A DNA stretch of 64,000 nucleotides from contig NC_045697.1 of NCBI RefSeq assembly GCF_009834535.1, forward strand, positions 1,428,001 to 1,492,000, given 5' to 3'. Source of the DNA: Camelus ferus (taxonomy: Eukaryota). Shown here piece after piece: positions 1 to 11,450 of this stretch (the first letter of the stretch is position 1; each line of letters opens with the position of its first letter). The position numbers and the translations under genes were made by a program. The notes below the pieces were generated by a model. That model searched no databases. It was not told the DNA's origin and worked only from the letters and a program-made list of their open reading frames with translations.

Positions 1-160
1 GTTACTCAGCCTCACTCACTTTGTCCATAAAATGGGGGTAATGCCATCCATGCAGATAGGGCTCACTGGCCTCCTAGTCTTCTTACTGAGTTGAACCATT
101 GTGAGAATTAAAAGAGATTCTGTATTTGAGGACCTGGCACCTAACGTGGTGCCCAGCGAA
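1..160 (+). mobile_element. MIR SINE fragment
   Basis: cactttgtccataaaatgggggtaat...ttgtgagaattaaaagagat...gcacctaac..gtgcccagc resembles the MIR core. Confidence 0.55.
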
Positions 161-2269
161 CAGGAGTTTACACCCTCACAGCTGGTAGGAACGGGAGTGT
201 TTGCTCAGTGCTGCCAGTGGGAAGTCCCCCAGTTCCAGAAGCAGCTGCCTTGGACGGTGTAGGCACCCAGCGTTGCCACCTGATGCCAGGAGATTGTGTC
301 ATGACTCCAGGGAGGGTGGCGCCTGGGACGCTGCGCCCCCTTGCCACAGTGCCAGCTACGGCCTCGGGTAGGGAGTGTGCACGCCCCCGTGTGGCCCTTG
401 AGGGGGGAGACCTGAGCTGGTCAGAGGACGTTTTGAGAAGCAGTTCTGGCTGGCCTGCTGAGATGCAAGGGTGCATCCCCGTGGGGGGGTCAGCCCGCGG
501 ACCCGCACCCTGAGGACACCCTTGCCTCTCTCCAGGGCGCCTCTGTAGTGCCTTCTGATATGTTGTGCAGTTTGTGGAGTGGATGCAATGACACATTTGA
601 CAGAGTTGGGCAGGTGGGAGGCTGGCGCTGCTGGGACTGTGGCTTGGCGGGGGTGAGTGGAGGTTGCCAGCAGCTGAGTCTTCCCCGTGGCCTTGGGGCT
701 TTCTGGTCTTGGAGTTATCCTGGCTGTGCTTCAAACTTTAGAGTAGGGTTGCACTGAGAAGCTTCAAGACTTCTCTTAAAAAAAGCGAGGACAGGGAACT
801 GTCTTGACAGATGAAGAGATTTAGACTCTCATCTCGGTTTGAAACTGCTGGGCTGCCCTGTTGTGTGTCTGTCCCTCATTCGCACCCCCCCCGCCAAAAG
901 GAAAGGCAGCTGCTCTTGCTGAGCGGTTAAACTGTCCCCAACAGACTGGATGGATGCGCAGGGGAGACCTGGCTCCCAGACAGGAGGCAGTAATTTCTCT
1001 GGAGATCTGTTGGAACTTTCTGAGATAAGTTGGAGTAGTTTTAGCTGTAAGTGGTCCCTCCCTGGGCCTGATGAGTGTGTTTTCTCACGTACATACATAC
1101 ATACAACTTTGCTGCTGCTCCCTGCAGGCTCCCTGAGGTTCTGGAAAGATAGCTTAATTTGGTCCCTTGGCTGAAGCCTGCAGCCCAGTTGCTGACTAAC
1201 ACTTAGAAAAGTGGTGCCAGTCCTGTTTTCTCCAGCAATCAGTGCCCACCTGCGGTGTGCCAGGCTCGGGGGGATGGCCAGGATCCTGCTCACAAGGCCT
1301 TGTCTTCTGCCCTCGGAGAGACAATGGCGGCTTCTGCTGGGTGGCAGCCCAGCGCCATGGTGCCCCCTTCTGCTCCCTGCTTTTGTTTTGATGGCTGGAC
1401 TGCCCTCGCTACCTGGGCTTCTTCCTTGCGCTTTCCCACCTTCTTCCTGTTTCCCTGGGTGTGGGGAGCTTTTGTTTTGGACTTAACTTGTGCTCTTTTT
1501 TCTGTTGTTTATTTTAATAAATCCAAATGCCAGTTTTAAAGTTTACATTGAGCAATATACCTGAGGGTGAAATTCTCACTCTAAGCAGATCTACTTGGAA
1601 AACCTAATAGTTATTAACTCAGGACAAGGGGCATCTATTAGGTGACTTACAAGCTTAGGACTACCTCAGGCCGCGCCTGCAGGGGAGTGTGAAAATGAAC
1701 GTGTTTCAGCACTGCATTCCCCAAAAAGGCCATCACTGCTGCATCCCAGTGTATGTAGATCTTTGACTGTCACTACGTTTGTGACAGACTCTTCTCCAGA
1801 GAGGCTGCGACTGTCCCCGCGCCCGCCGGTGTTGGAGGCTCCTGTTCTCCCCCCCACACCACCCCTGTGCTTTTAGCCAGTCTGGTGGTCGCCCGGAGTT
1901 TCCCACGTGGTTTTGTGTTTTCCTGTTGCTGATGGGGTTGAACACCCTTTCGTCTTCAGTGGTGATTCATTTTCCTCTTTGGTGAATTGCCTGTTGGGAT
2001 CTTTTTTTCTGCTCATTTTTCCATGTGGTTGTTTTCCTTGTCCTGCTTTTTAGGAACTCCTTGAATTCTAAATGTGAGCCTGCTGTTAGGTAAGTTTTGT
2101 ATCTTCTACCCAGAGGATTGTCTTTTCTCCTTTTGGTGTATATACAGAGGTTCTTAATTTCAGTACAGTAGAAGTTATCAGTCTGTTGGTGACAATCGCA
2201 TATTGTAAAAATACGTCTCTGTGTTCTAAAAGCTTTGCAGTTTTGCCTTTCACATTTAGGTCTGTAATC

Positions 2270-3800
2270 CGTAAGAACTGACTTGCGCATGGTTTGAGAT
2301 GAGATTAACTACCTCTCAGTGAAGTTTCATAATATTCCCTGTAGTGGTTTTGCAAGTTTTTTGTTAGAAGATTTATTCCTAGGTACATAGTATTTTAGGT
2401 TGCTATAAAAAATGTTCAAAATTTTTACCTTTTTTAGATTGTTATTTGCCAGTATAAAGAAATGCAACTGACTTTCCTTTTTTTGGTCTAACAATTTTTA
2501 ATCTGTAAATCTTTTGAATTTCTATGTACACAGAAGAAGTTTTGGTTCTTCTTTACTTCTTTTTTTTTCCCCTGCCCTTAACACTCTGGCTAAAAATTTG
2601 GCACTGGATGAATAAAAGTGGTGACAGTCATGGACATCCCTGTTTCATTCCAAATCTGGAAGAGTCCTTACAGAGTTTCACCATTAAATAAGACCTCTAC
2701 TGTAAGTTTTTTGGTTTGTTTATACCCTTTGTCAGATTGGAGAAATGTCTCTATTTTCTGTTTGGTTACAAGTTTCATCATGAATCAGTGGTAAAATTAA
2801 GAATTTCGTGTAATGATAATCTTTCCCCTTTTATATGTTGCAGTGGAGAATTACATTGGTTTCTAGTGTTAAACCAGTTAAGCACTGTGGTTGTGACACT
2901 ATCTTATGTTGCTAGGTTCGGTTTGCTCATATTGTACGTATAGCCTTTGCCTCTGTTTTTGTGAGTAAGGTTGGACGTCTGTAGGTTTTCTTTAGCGGGA
3001 TCTGGTATCAGGGTATTACTATCTTTACAGAGTGAGTCGGGCACCTTTTTTTTGTTCTCCAGAAGATTTTGTAAGATTGGAATTATTTCTTCCTTGAATG
3101 TTTGGCAGAGCTCTACAGTGCAGGTACTTACCCTAGAGTTTTAGTGGGTTTGGGTTATTACACTTTCAAGGAATTTGTTGATTGCATCTAACCTTTTCAC
3201 CTTTATTGGCATAAACTTTCCATACTGTCCTGTGTTCTGTGGAATCGTCAGTGCTGTCTCTCTACGCTTCGGATGTTGGTTGTTTGTGTTTTCTGTTTTT
3301 TTAGATTAGGATCACCAGAGCTTTATTAGGCCTTTCAGGGAACCAACTTTTAGCTTTGTGGATCCTTTCTCTTGTAAATTTGTTTTCATTGTCTTTCTTT
3401 CTTTGAGTTTATTTTGCTGTTTTTCTAAGTTTCATTGTCTCTTTTCCAAAAAATGCATTTAAGATATTATCTTTAGCTATATCCTACAAATTATTAGTAT
3501 TTTACATTTAGTTCAACATAGTTATCAAACTTACATTTTTTAACATCCAAATATATGGGTGTTTTATTTTTGTTATTGATTCTTTGCGTTATTGGTCAGA
3601 AAATACACCCTGAACGTCAGTTCTTTGATAGTTGCTGGGACTGGCTTTGAGCCTGGCCTGCACCTGGTGGCTGGCCTTCACTAGGTAGCCTGCCCCCATG
3701 GTTCCTGCCTGAGCTTTGGTTTCTCTGTGGGGCTTTCAAAAGTAAGCTTACATTTTTAAGAATATTCTGTGCTTTTTTTTCCCCCTCTGGATTATCATCT
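2270..3800 (-). mobile_element. Old L1M LINE fragments (ORF2 region)
   Basis: T-rich, with typical antisense L1 ORF2 phrases (atttattcctaggtac, gtggtgacagtcatggacatccctgt, aaccaacttttagctttg). Confidence 0.7.
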
Positions 3801-6319
3801 TCCCTACATACCTCTTTGTTTTCGAATATGTATGTTTTATCTTGTTTGTGGTTGTTTTCAGTGGGAAAATTGATGGAAATGCTAGCCTGCCATTGATTGG
3901 AAATCTCTGCTTGTATTTTCCGCCCTTCTGCTTTCTTATCTAGTTTAATGGATAAGTTAAAACTTTCAGGCCACTTTTCATTAGTGTGTACAGTATACCA
4001 GTCTCTGCTCTGGCCAGAGGTGATGCAGTGACGGAAGAGACTCACCCCTCTCTCTAAGGAACTGAGTTTACAGGGGGAAGTTACTGAAATCGGTATTTGC
4101 TTGGATTATTTTCCTTCACTGAAATTCAAAAGATTGTTTCTTTTAAAGTCAGGTTGGTTTTCCTGGAGCCCTTTTTTTGTTTTGCTTCCATAGTGTACTG
4201 ATGAATAGTACTATTTGTTTTATACTCTGTACCCTGCCTGGTTTTTCATTTATGGGACTCTTGAAACAGTCTGCGTGATCAAGCTTCCCTTGCAGGCAGG
4301 GACAGAGCCTGGTCCTTCCCTGGCTAGGAGTTGTAAAGGGCATATTAGGCACATGTGACTGCTAGAATTAGTGAACCAAGGTGGCTATATATGAGGAAGA
4401 GCCCAGACATCATATCCAGGAACTGGGAAAACGTGGAGCCTGACATGGATTGAGTACTTGACTAGGACGTTAATGTCAGCACGTCTTCCTGGTGCTCCTG
4501 GCACTGCTGCAGTGGTAGCAGTCTGCAGTTGTGTGACGTGTGCAGCTGCCAGAGCTCCAGAGCATCCTCAGTGGACACAGTGGTTGGAGATGGCCGTCTC
4601 TCGTTTGGACAGCGTGCGGTGCTCACTAGGAAGGTCATCTGGCGCACGCGGCCCTCTGACTCTGCTGGATGAGCTTTCTTGGAAACACCAGGAGGTCAGC
4701 TTGCCCTCCAAGGACCCCAGTGCTCCTGCTAAGTGGTTCTGCTCTGTCGTTTCACCCCAGCGCACTGTTGCAGCCCTAAGAGGCACCTAGAATGCCAGGT
4801 ATTTTGTCCACTGGTAGAAGGGCTTGTGTTCCCCCACTGACCAGGAGCCTGCGACATGGGTGTCAGCAGTTGGAGGTGTTCTGAGGCTCACTTGTGCTTC
4901 AGAAGCGCCGAGGGCCTTTAGGTGACTGACCTGGAGTCGGCGTGCCCAGCAGTGAAGCAGGCAGTGCCGGTGCCTGCTGCGGGTCGTCCGTTCTCCTCGT
5001 GTCTCCACTTGTCACTGCTGCTGACCTCTGGTTTTCTCCATAGTCAGGAAAGGGGAGCCAGACCAAGGTGGGGTGGGACCAGTGGGCCTGAGCCTGGGCT
5101 GGTTTGTCGCAGTGTTGACTGGCCGCACACACCCGGGGCTGGGGAGTGGTTTGGTACTTTGCTTCTCTGAAGGGCTCTCCACCAGGTGTGAGGCTCGGTG
5201 CGTGCGTTCTTCCTGGTTCCCATCTGTTTACCTCTGTGGTCAACTTCCGAAGCCCTGAGGCTCCTCCCTCTTCTCTGTCTCTTGTTCAGGCAAGCATGGT
5301 GTGACCTGCAGGGCTACATCCATGGGGAAGGGCCATTCCAGAGCGCTTGCAGGCTCCTGCAGGGATTCTGGAATTTGATGTATTCAGTTGCTGGGTGGAG
5401 GGAACACCAGTGTTAGTATCTGTGTCCATCAGCGCTGAGGTGGTTCATGTCACGGGGGCGGTGTGGAGCTGGGGGGCCAGGCTTCTTTTCTGCCCTTTGG
5501 GCAAGAAGTCTCATCTCTGAGCTGTTCTTCCATTGAAGACGGGGACAGTCATCAGCAGTGGAGGTGGCTCCCTGGCCGCTGTGTGTATTCATTTACTGAG
5601 TGGTCAAGTGTGGAGCACCTGTGTGTGCCAGTAGCATCCTGGGCCTTGGGACATCCCTGGGGGCTCTGTGTTTAGGTCCCTCCCTGAGCTCAGCCCTGCC
5701 AAGAGGTGAGCTGGGTCTCACAAGAACCTGTGGAGACGCGGTTGCCGCACACTGGTGCCTGGGGGCAGCGGCATCACCCTCCTTGCAGGCATGTCCACAC
5801 CTGGTCAGGGGCCCGTCTTGGCAGAGGGAGGTAAAAGCCGCATTGGAGCTGAGAAGAGTTGGGGTCATCCCTGCCCACGTCAGAATTTCCTCCTGCTCCT
5901 GGCTGACTGTGAAGCTCGCCTCCCCTGGCCTTCGTGTGGACAGCACCTGCCAGCCCACGCTTTCCTTCCAGTAAGCATGGGCCCGATGACAATGTTGACT
6001 GCCCCCCAGTTTCACAGTCACCCTCTGGCCCCTCTGGGGGGAAGGGAGAGTGTCTTGGTAGGTTCTCATCTGCGAAATGAGAGTCTTACTCTCAGACCTG
6101 CTTTCCCCCTGGGATGGCTGTTGTATCTGTTGAGAGTTGAGGTTGGAAAACTGAATCCCTCTAGTTGTTTCGAGGCAGAAATGAGTTTTAACACATGGAG
6201 GAGTTGGTCCATGGTGTTGAGAAGGCTGGAGGAGCAGGTCTCTAGGAGTAAGTCCAGACATCTTAGCCTTGACCTGCCGTGGGAGCTGCTACCTCTGCCC
6301 CAGGCAGGAGGGCAGGAAG

Positions 6320-6822
6320 CAGGGGCACGAGAGGCCTGCCGGCCTCTGCCGTCTTAGCCTCCCTCCGTGAGCGCAGTCGTCTCGAAGTCTTGACTGAAAG
6401 TGAGGGGTGTGCAGCTCTCCATTTCACGTGGACGCTTGAGGTTGCTGTAGGGTTATGAACTGGCCTGATTTCAGTATTGTTGCGTCTAGGCAATAGGGAG
6501 GCCCCCCAAAGAGGGAGGGATTCGGGGATCAGCTGGTCTGTGGAGCAGTCAGTACACACATTTATCAGTTGAGTTCACCATCTTCTATAGGTGAGGTTCA
6601 TGGTGCCCCAGAACAATTACAGCAGTAACATAAAAGGTCATTGACCACAAGTCGCCATGGCAAATATGATAATGAAAAACTGAAATGTGAGACTTGTCAA
6701 AAGGTGACGCAGACACAAAGTGAGCAAATGCTGCTAGGACATTGATGCTGATAGACTTGCTCAGCAGAGAGTTGCCACAAACCTTCAATTTTTAAGAAGC
6801 GCAGTGAAGCCAAGCCTGCCTG
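6320..6822 (-). mobile_element. Tigger1 (TcMar-Tigger) DNA transposon, 5' part with terminal inverted repeat remnant
   Basis: Matches the remembered Tigger1 end (gatagacttgctc...gttgccacaaaccttcaattt...gcctg) and a degenerate transposase N-terminus. Confidence 0.8.
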
Positions 6823-7462
6823 GGGCTGGGCAGTGGGCTCGTGGAGTTCTCATAGACCTTTTCTAGGGGCCTTGAGAACGCAGGCTCGAACTGATCCCAG
6901 TCCTTGGTGTGTGGCACTTTCATTAGTCCCTGCATGACCTAGTTTTGTTTGTTTAGTTGGTTAATTATTTTTAACCATGTATTAAGCACTGCGAACCCTC
7001 CTTACAATAAAGGCCCCCGTCTTTGGTGGTAGCCTACATGGAGTAAGGACCGGGAGCGTGTGTGGGGCTGGTCGTGGGCTCTGTGGCCCCGGTGCCCTGT
7101 GGCATGGTCGTGATCTCACTTAGTCCTCACGACCACAGGGTGAGCTGTGGGCACCGGGGCCTCCGTTTTCAGAAGAGGAAGCTGGCAGCTCTCAGAGGGT
7201 GAGTACCTTCCCCAGGTCACACAACCAGCAGCTCCCAGAGACTCACTGAAAACCCAGGGCGGAAGCATAGGGTGTCAGCTGCTTGGAGGCTTTGCTGGAA
7301 CCGGCACCTGTCCCACACTGGGGGTGGGGGGTGGGCTCCACTGCTGCCCCGAGGATTTTGCATCTGAAACATACTTCAGTTTTATTGTTTAAGAGTTTAA
7401 AAGAATATGGAATATTTTATGTCGAATTGATTGTGTCTTTTCGTTTCTCTCCTTTTTAATAG

Positions 7463-7472
7463 ATTGTTGAAG
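7463..7472 (+). CDS. RNF4: RNF4 internal 10-nt coding microexon (I-V-E + first base of next codon)
   Basis: Sequence reads tcgtttctctcctttttaatag|ATTGTTGAAG|gtgagt, with a polypyrimidine tract, AG acceptor and GTGAGT donor. It encodes the 'IV(D/E)' that precedes ERRRPRR in RNF4, and its phase matches the next exon. Confidence 0.9.
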
Positions 7473-7831
7473 GTGAGTGGTTGGTTTCCTCCCTTTTCCG
7501 TTGGGTTTGGGTAGAGAATGGATGTGGGTGAGGGTGCGGGGCTGTAGGCCTTGCCAGACCTAGAGGCGCGAGAACAGCAGGCAGGAACACGCCTGCGGGG
7601 GTGCCGCCGTCTCCCCTGCCGTCAGTCCTCGGTGCTGAGCTGTAGTCCCCCTGATTTCGGAGACAGCGGACTGCTACAGACTGCCCCACAGCTCAGGCCA
7701 TCTGCTCACGGCAGGGATCGGGGCTTCTGGGGAGATGGGAGGGTGGTCTTTCCAAGGAGGGTCGGTGGTGAGGGTGCGAGGGCTATGAGGCCCATGAGGC
7801 CCCTGCCCCTGAACATGGACTCATATCTTAG

Positions 7832-7991
7832 AAAGGAGGCGGCCAAGGAGGACCGCGAGGAGGCTGCGCCAGGACCAAGCTGACAGCTGCGTGGTGAGCA
7901 GCGATGAGGAGGAGCTGTCCAGGGACAGGGACGTGTACGTGACCACCCACACTCCTAGAAATGCCAGGGAAGAGGCAGCTACAGGACCCAG
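7832..7991 (+). CDS. RNF4: RNF4 coding exon (ERRRPRRTARRLRQDQADSCVVSSDEEELSRDRDVYVTTHTPRNAREEAATGP-R)
   Basis: tcttag|AAAGGAGG...ACCCAG|gtacca, 160 nt. The translation closely matches the remembered RNF4 Arg-rich linker (human ERRRPRRNARRLPQDHADSCVVSSDDEELSRDRDVYVTTHTPRNARDEGATGLR). Confidence 0.97.
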
Positions 7992-8699
7992 GTACCAGCC
8001 TGCCCGCTGCTCTGCTGCTGCTGTGCTGGGGACAAGCACTCTTGCCAGGAAGCCTCTGGAGATGTGGGACCCCCTTGTCCCCCTGGAGTGAGGATCTCCT
8101 TCCTTTGTCTCCATTCTTCAGTGGAAAGGTTGGGGCAGGAGGCAGGGTGTTAGAAATCCTGGACCTTCAGCAAGCGCTTTGAGCCCTTGGCTCAAGAAGG
8201 GCTTGTTGGAGCATCTGAGAGGCAAGTGGATTCAGAGCTGGGCTGAGCTGTTCCCACTGGGACCAGGGCCTGCCAGGTACTGGCAGGGTGGTTGTGAGTG
8301 GCTCCAGGCTGGTGGTGGGTCCCACTGCGGATGCAAAGAACAGACCCCCTGGCCCCAGCCTTCTGCGACAGGAGTGCTCGGAGGAAGTGGGTGCTAGGCG
8401 CAGCCCCTGCCCCAGACAGGGAGGCTGGAAGGGGGAGCGGGAGCACAAGTCGGGGTGGGGAGGACTTGTGACACTGGTGGTCTGCACCTTCTCTTCCTCC
8501 ATCTCTCTCCTCCCCTTTCTCATAGCCACCCTGCCCCCATGGGGACAGCCAGCCTTGTAAGTCTCTCGGGTGCCTGTGCTAAGGCAGGGTCACAGGAGGC
8601 TCTTAAAAGGGGAGATGGGCTGGCTATACGAACCACTTAGAGTTAGTTGCTGAATGTTTGAGTTTGCTGAGGAACTGACATGAAGCACTGTGATTTTAG

Positions 8700-8748
8700 G
8701 CCGTCTGGTACTGTCAGTTGTCCAATCTGCATGGACGGGTACTCAGAG
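8700..8748 (+). CDS. RNF4: RNF4 coding exon, start of RING finger (R-PSGTVSCPICMDGYSE)
   Basis: ttttag|GCCGTCTGG...TCAGAG|gtaagc, 49 nt; CPIC is the first RING zinc-ligand pair. Confidence 0.97.
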
Positions 8749-9274
8749 GTAAGCAAACCTAGCTGTGCCTTCCCTGATTCTGGTTTTCAAGCTGCTTCAG
8801 TGAAAGAATCAGATGAGAGCATCTTGTCATGAGGTGGGATTTGACATCACGCCTGGGCTGGCACAGGGCTAGTCACATGTCTGTGAAGGGGGGTGTGCCG
8901 TCTCCTCCTTGGGCCTTGCAGTCTTCAGCCCTGGCCCCTTTGTACTCTGGGCTGCCCTCTGCAAGCGCATCAGCCCGCTGCTCCCTGCCCAGCCTAAGTG
9001 GAAGCTGCTAGTGTTCACTGTGGCCCCTGGGGCTGTCGCTGCCGGGCTGGCTCCTGCCTCTGCTCTCAGCTTCACAGATGCCCCTCGTGCCTGCCTGGGC
9101 CTACAGAGCAGCACCCTTAACTCTCCAGACTGTCTCCCTGCCGTTTCCCTCCTGTTGCAGCCCTGGCCCTTCTCCCACTCACCTTCCTGGGGACGGGCAG
9201 GAGTGGCTTCTCTGGGGGCTCCTGCTGCTCGGGTAGGAACAGATGTGAAGGCTGTTCTTTTTTACCTTTTCTAG

Positions 9275-9424
9275 ATTGTGCAGAATGGACGTCTCATTGT
9301 TTCTACAGAATGTGGCCACGTCTTCTGTAGCCAGTGCCTCCGCGATTCCCTTAAGAATGCTAACACTTGTCCAACTTGCAGGAAAAAGATCAACCACAAA
9401 AGATACCACCCCATTTATATATGA
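9275..9424 (+). CDS. RNF4: RNF4 last coding exon, C3HC4 RING C-terminus (IVQNGRLIVSTECGHVFCSQCLRDSLKNANTCPTCRKKINHKRYHPIYI*)
   Basis: ttttctag|ATTGTG...ATATGA, with stop TGA at 9422-9424. Matches the remembered RNF4 C-terminus. Confidence 0.98.
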   Translation: MVQNGRLIVSTECGHVFCSQCLRDSLKNANTCPTCRKKINHKRYHPIYI

Positions 9425-10096
9425 AGTGTTGGGAGCCGCTCAGGAGAGATGGATGGACAGACAGAGCCTGGCTGGTTTTTCCATGCGGCCTCACGTGGGT
9501 TATCTGCCTCCAGTTTCTTGAGCTCAAAAAGACTGTTTGAACATCAGCATCTGATATGTAAACTGCTCTTTTGTTTCCAGCCCCTCTTAGATCCTTTTGT
9601 TACCTCTAGTTTGATGCTGTGGAGCTGGAGCCTGGGCCCTCCCAGGCCAGGTCTCCAACTGCTCCTCTGGGTAGTCTGGTTCCAGGGTAGGAGAGAGGGA
9701 GTTAGGCACGTTGGAATTGAGAATCGTGGTTCCAGCCTCTTTCCAGAACCTGCACGTTTGCCAAGAAGTTTTCCCCATTTGTGAAGTTTGCCCCAGCTTC
9801 CTCCTGGCAGTACCGTTGAGGAGCCAGCCCTAGCTGGAGAGCAAGCAGGTCCACCCAGCTCTCCCAGGCGTGCCCCCTCATCTGAGGCGTCTGCCCACCG
9901 CGGTGACCAAGCCAGACAAAGTCCCTCCGGCCTGAGGATCCCAGGTGCACGCACAGCGCCGGGAAGACCAACCACTGGACTTCTCTTCCCGTGAGAGTCA
10001 GGTCACCCGTGACTCCACCTGCATTGATGTCAGGGATCCCTGCAGATCACAAGGACTCTGCAGGGCAATTCCCAGTTTCTTAAGAACGAAATGTGC

Positions 10097-10102
10097 AATA
10101 AA
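10097..10102 (+). terminator. RNF4: Possible proximal RNF4 polyadenylation signal AATAAA
   Basis: AATAAA about 670 nt after the stop codon; whether it is used cannot be shown from sequence. Confidence 0.4.
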
Positions 10103-11444
10103 GCCCGTTCTTCACCTGCCTTTCAGCAGCCCAGGAGATGTAGCACTCCTAGTGTCCCTCAGAGGCCTCATGGCCTACGGAGCAGTGCCTGTCTCACCCC
10201 GTCCTGTTGTCCACCTGCTCTCAGGAACTTTACCCGTGCCTGAGTCCTTCACCTGGCCCAGGCCACGCGAGGTCAGTGGGGCAGGCATGTGGTTGGGTGT
10301 CCTCTCTCTTTTCTGATAAAAATCCACCCTGTGTTTACCACACGCCCTCTGGTCCTCAGTTCCCACTGCCTGACGTCTACTCAAGCAGACCCTGGGCGGT
10401 GGTGGCGGTAATTGTGGCCTTATTAGCCGCCGATGTCCAAGCTGTTGCCCAAGTCACGGCCGCCCTGCGTTTCGAAGAGCTTGGGTACCACCTCCACCAA
10501 TTGACATTCATTTCAGGAGCTGCTCTTCTGGCCCTTAGGCCGTGATCCTTTGGGCTTTGATCACTCTGTAGGGTTTGGTTGGCAAAGTACGGCGGCCTCT
10601 CCTCCCTAGGGGCCCGGGCAACAGCCTCTACTCAACTCCACAGGCGTGAGAGCCTCGGGTCCTCAAGGAGGCAGCAGGGTGGCCCAGGCCGCCCCTCGCA
10701 GTACAGGGCTTGGGGGTGGCTGGCTGGGGAGAGGCCTTGCAGTGCCCGCTGCCTCCCCCTCTGCACCCGTCCTTCCTCAGAGGGCTTCAGAGCAAACCAG
10801 CAGCCTTTTCATGTGAAACATCTTCGAGGTGGGAGAGGGGCCTCCTCTGGCTTTGCTAGCAATAACTGACCTTCAGTGTATCCTTCTGGAGGAGCAGAGA
10901 CTCAGCACAGAATTCACTTTAAAGGGGGCTGAAGGAGTGTCCCTCCTCTGTGTGAAAAGGAAACTGTTTCACTCTTTACTCTGACTTTTTAAGCTGGCTC
11001 AGTGCCAGTTCGCTTGGTGAAAGTAGTAGTTTCTACTTGGCGTCGGGGCGGGCGGGGCACTGGTTCTCAGCAGAGTGGTGTGTGGTGTGTCCGCCCGTTG
11101 TCGGGCGCCGTTGCCGGTAGTTCCTTCTGGGCTCTGTGGGATGCTCTGTGTCACGTTCTGACAACACCCAGACTTCAGGAGCCAAGACAGCCACACAGCC
11201 GAAATCTCTCGCAGTTTATGCTTAAGGACAAATGGTTGATCATAAAAGTTGTATTCTTTCGTACTAAATTAAATTGGGAAAAAATGTTTAGTTTCTACTA
11301 CTCAGACATTGCAAAATAGGAAGATTGACATGAAAAATCCCTTTCCCTTTCTCTGTGTACATAGTTTAAATCTTTCTTTGTTACATTTAAACTATATCCA
11401 TGTATATCAGTCTGTTTTGGACTCCTGCTAGTGTTACATGTGGA

Positions 11445-11450
11445 AATAAA
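11445..11450 (+). terminator. RNF4: RNF4 distal polyadenylation signal AATAAA
   Basis: AATAAA preceded by TGTA motifs and followed by U/GU-rich sequence (ttttgcgtgcattcatttgctcttt). Confidence 0.75.

Noticed and set aside
168..6357. Multiple 100-222 aa ORFs in the RNF4 intron
   Set aside because: No recognisable domains and no consistent exon structure. They overlap on both strands in GC-rich intronic DNA.
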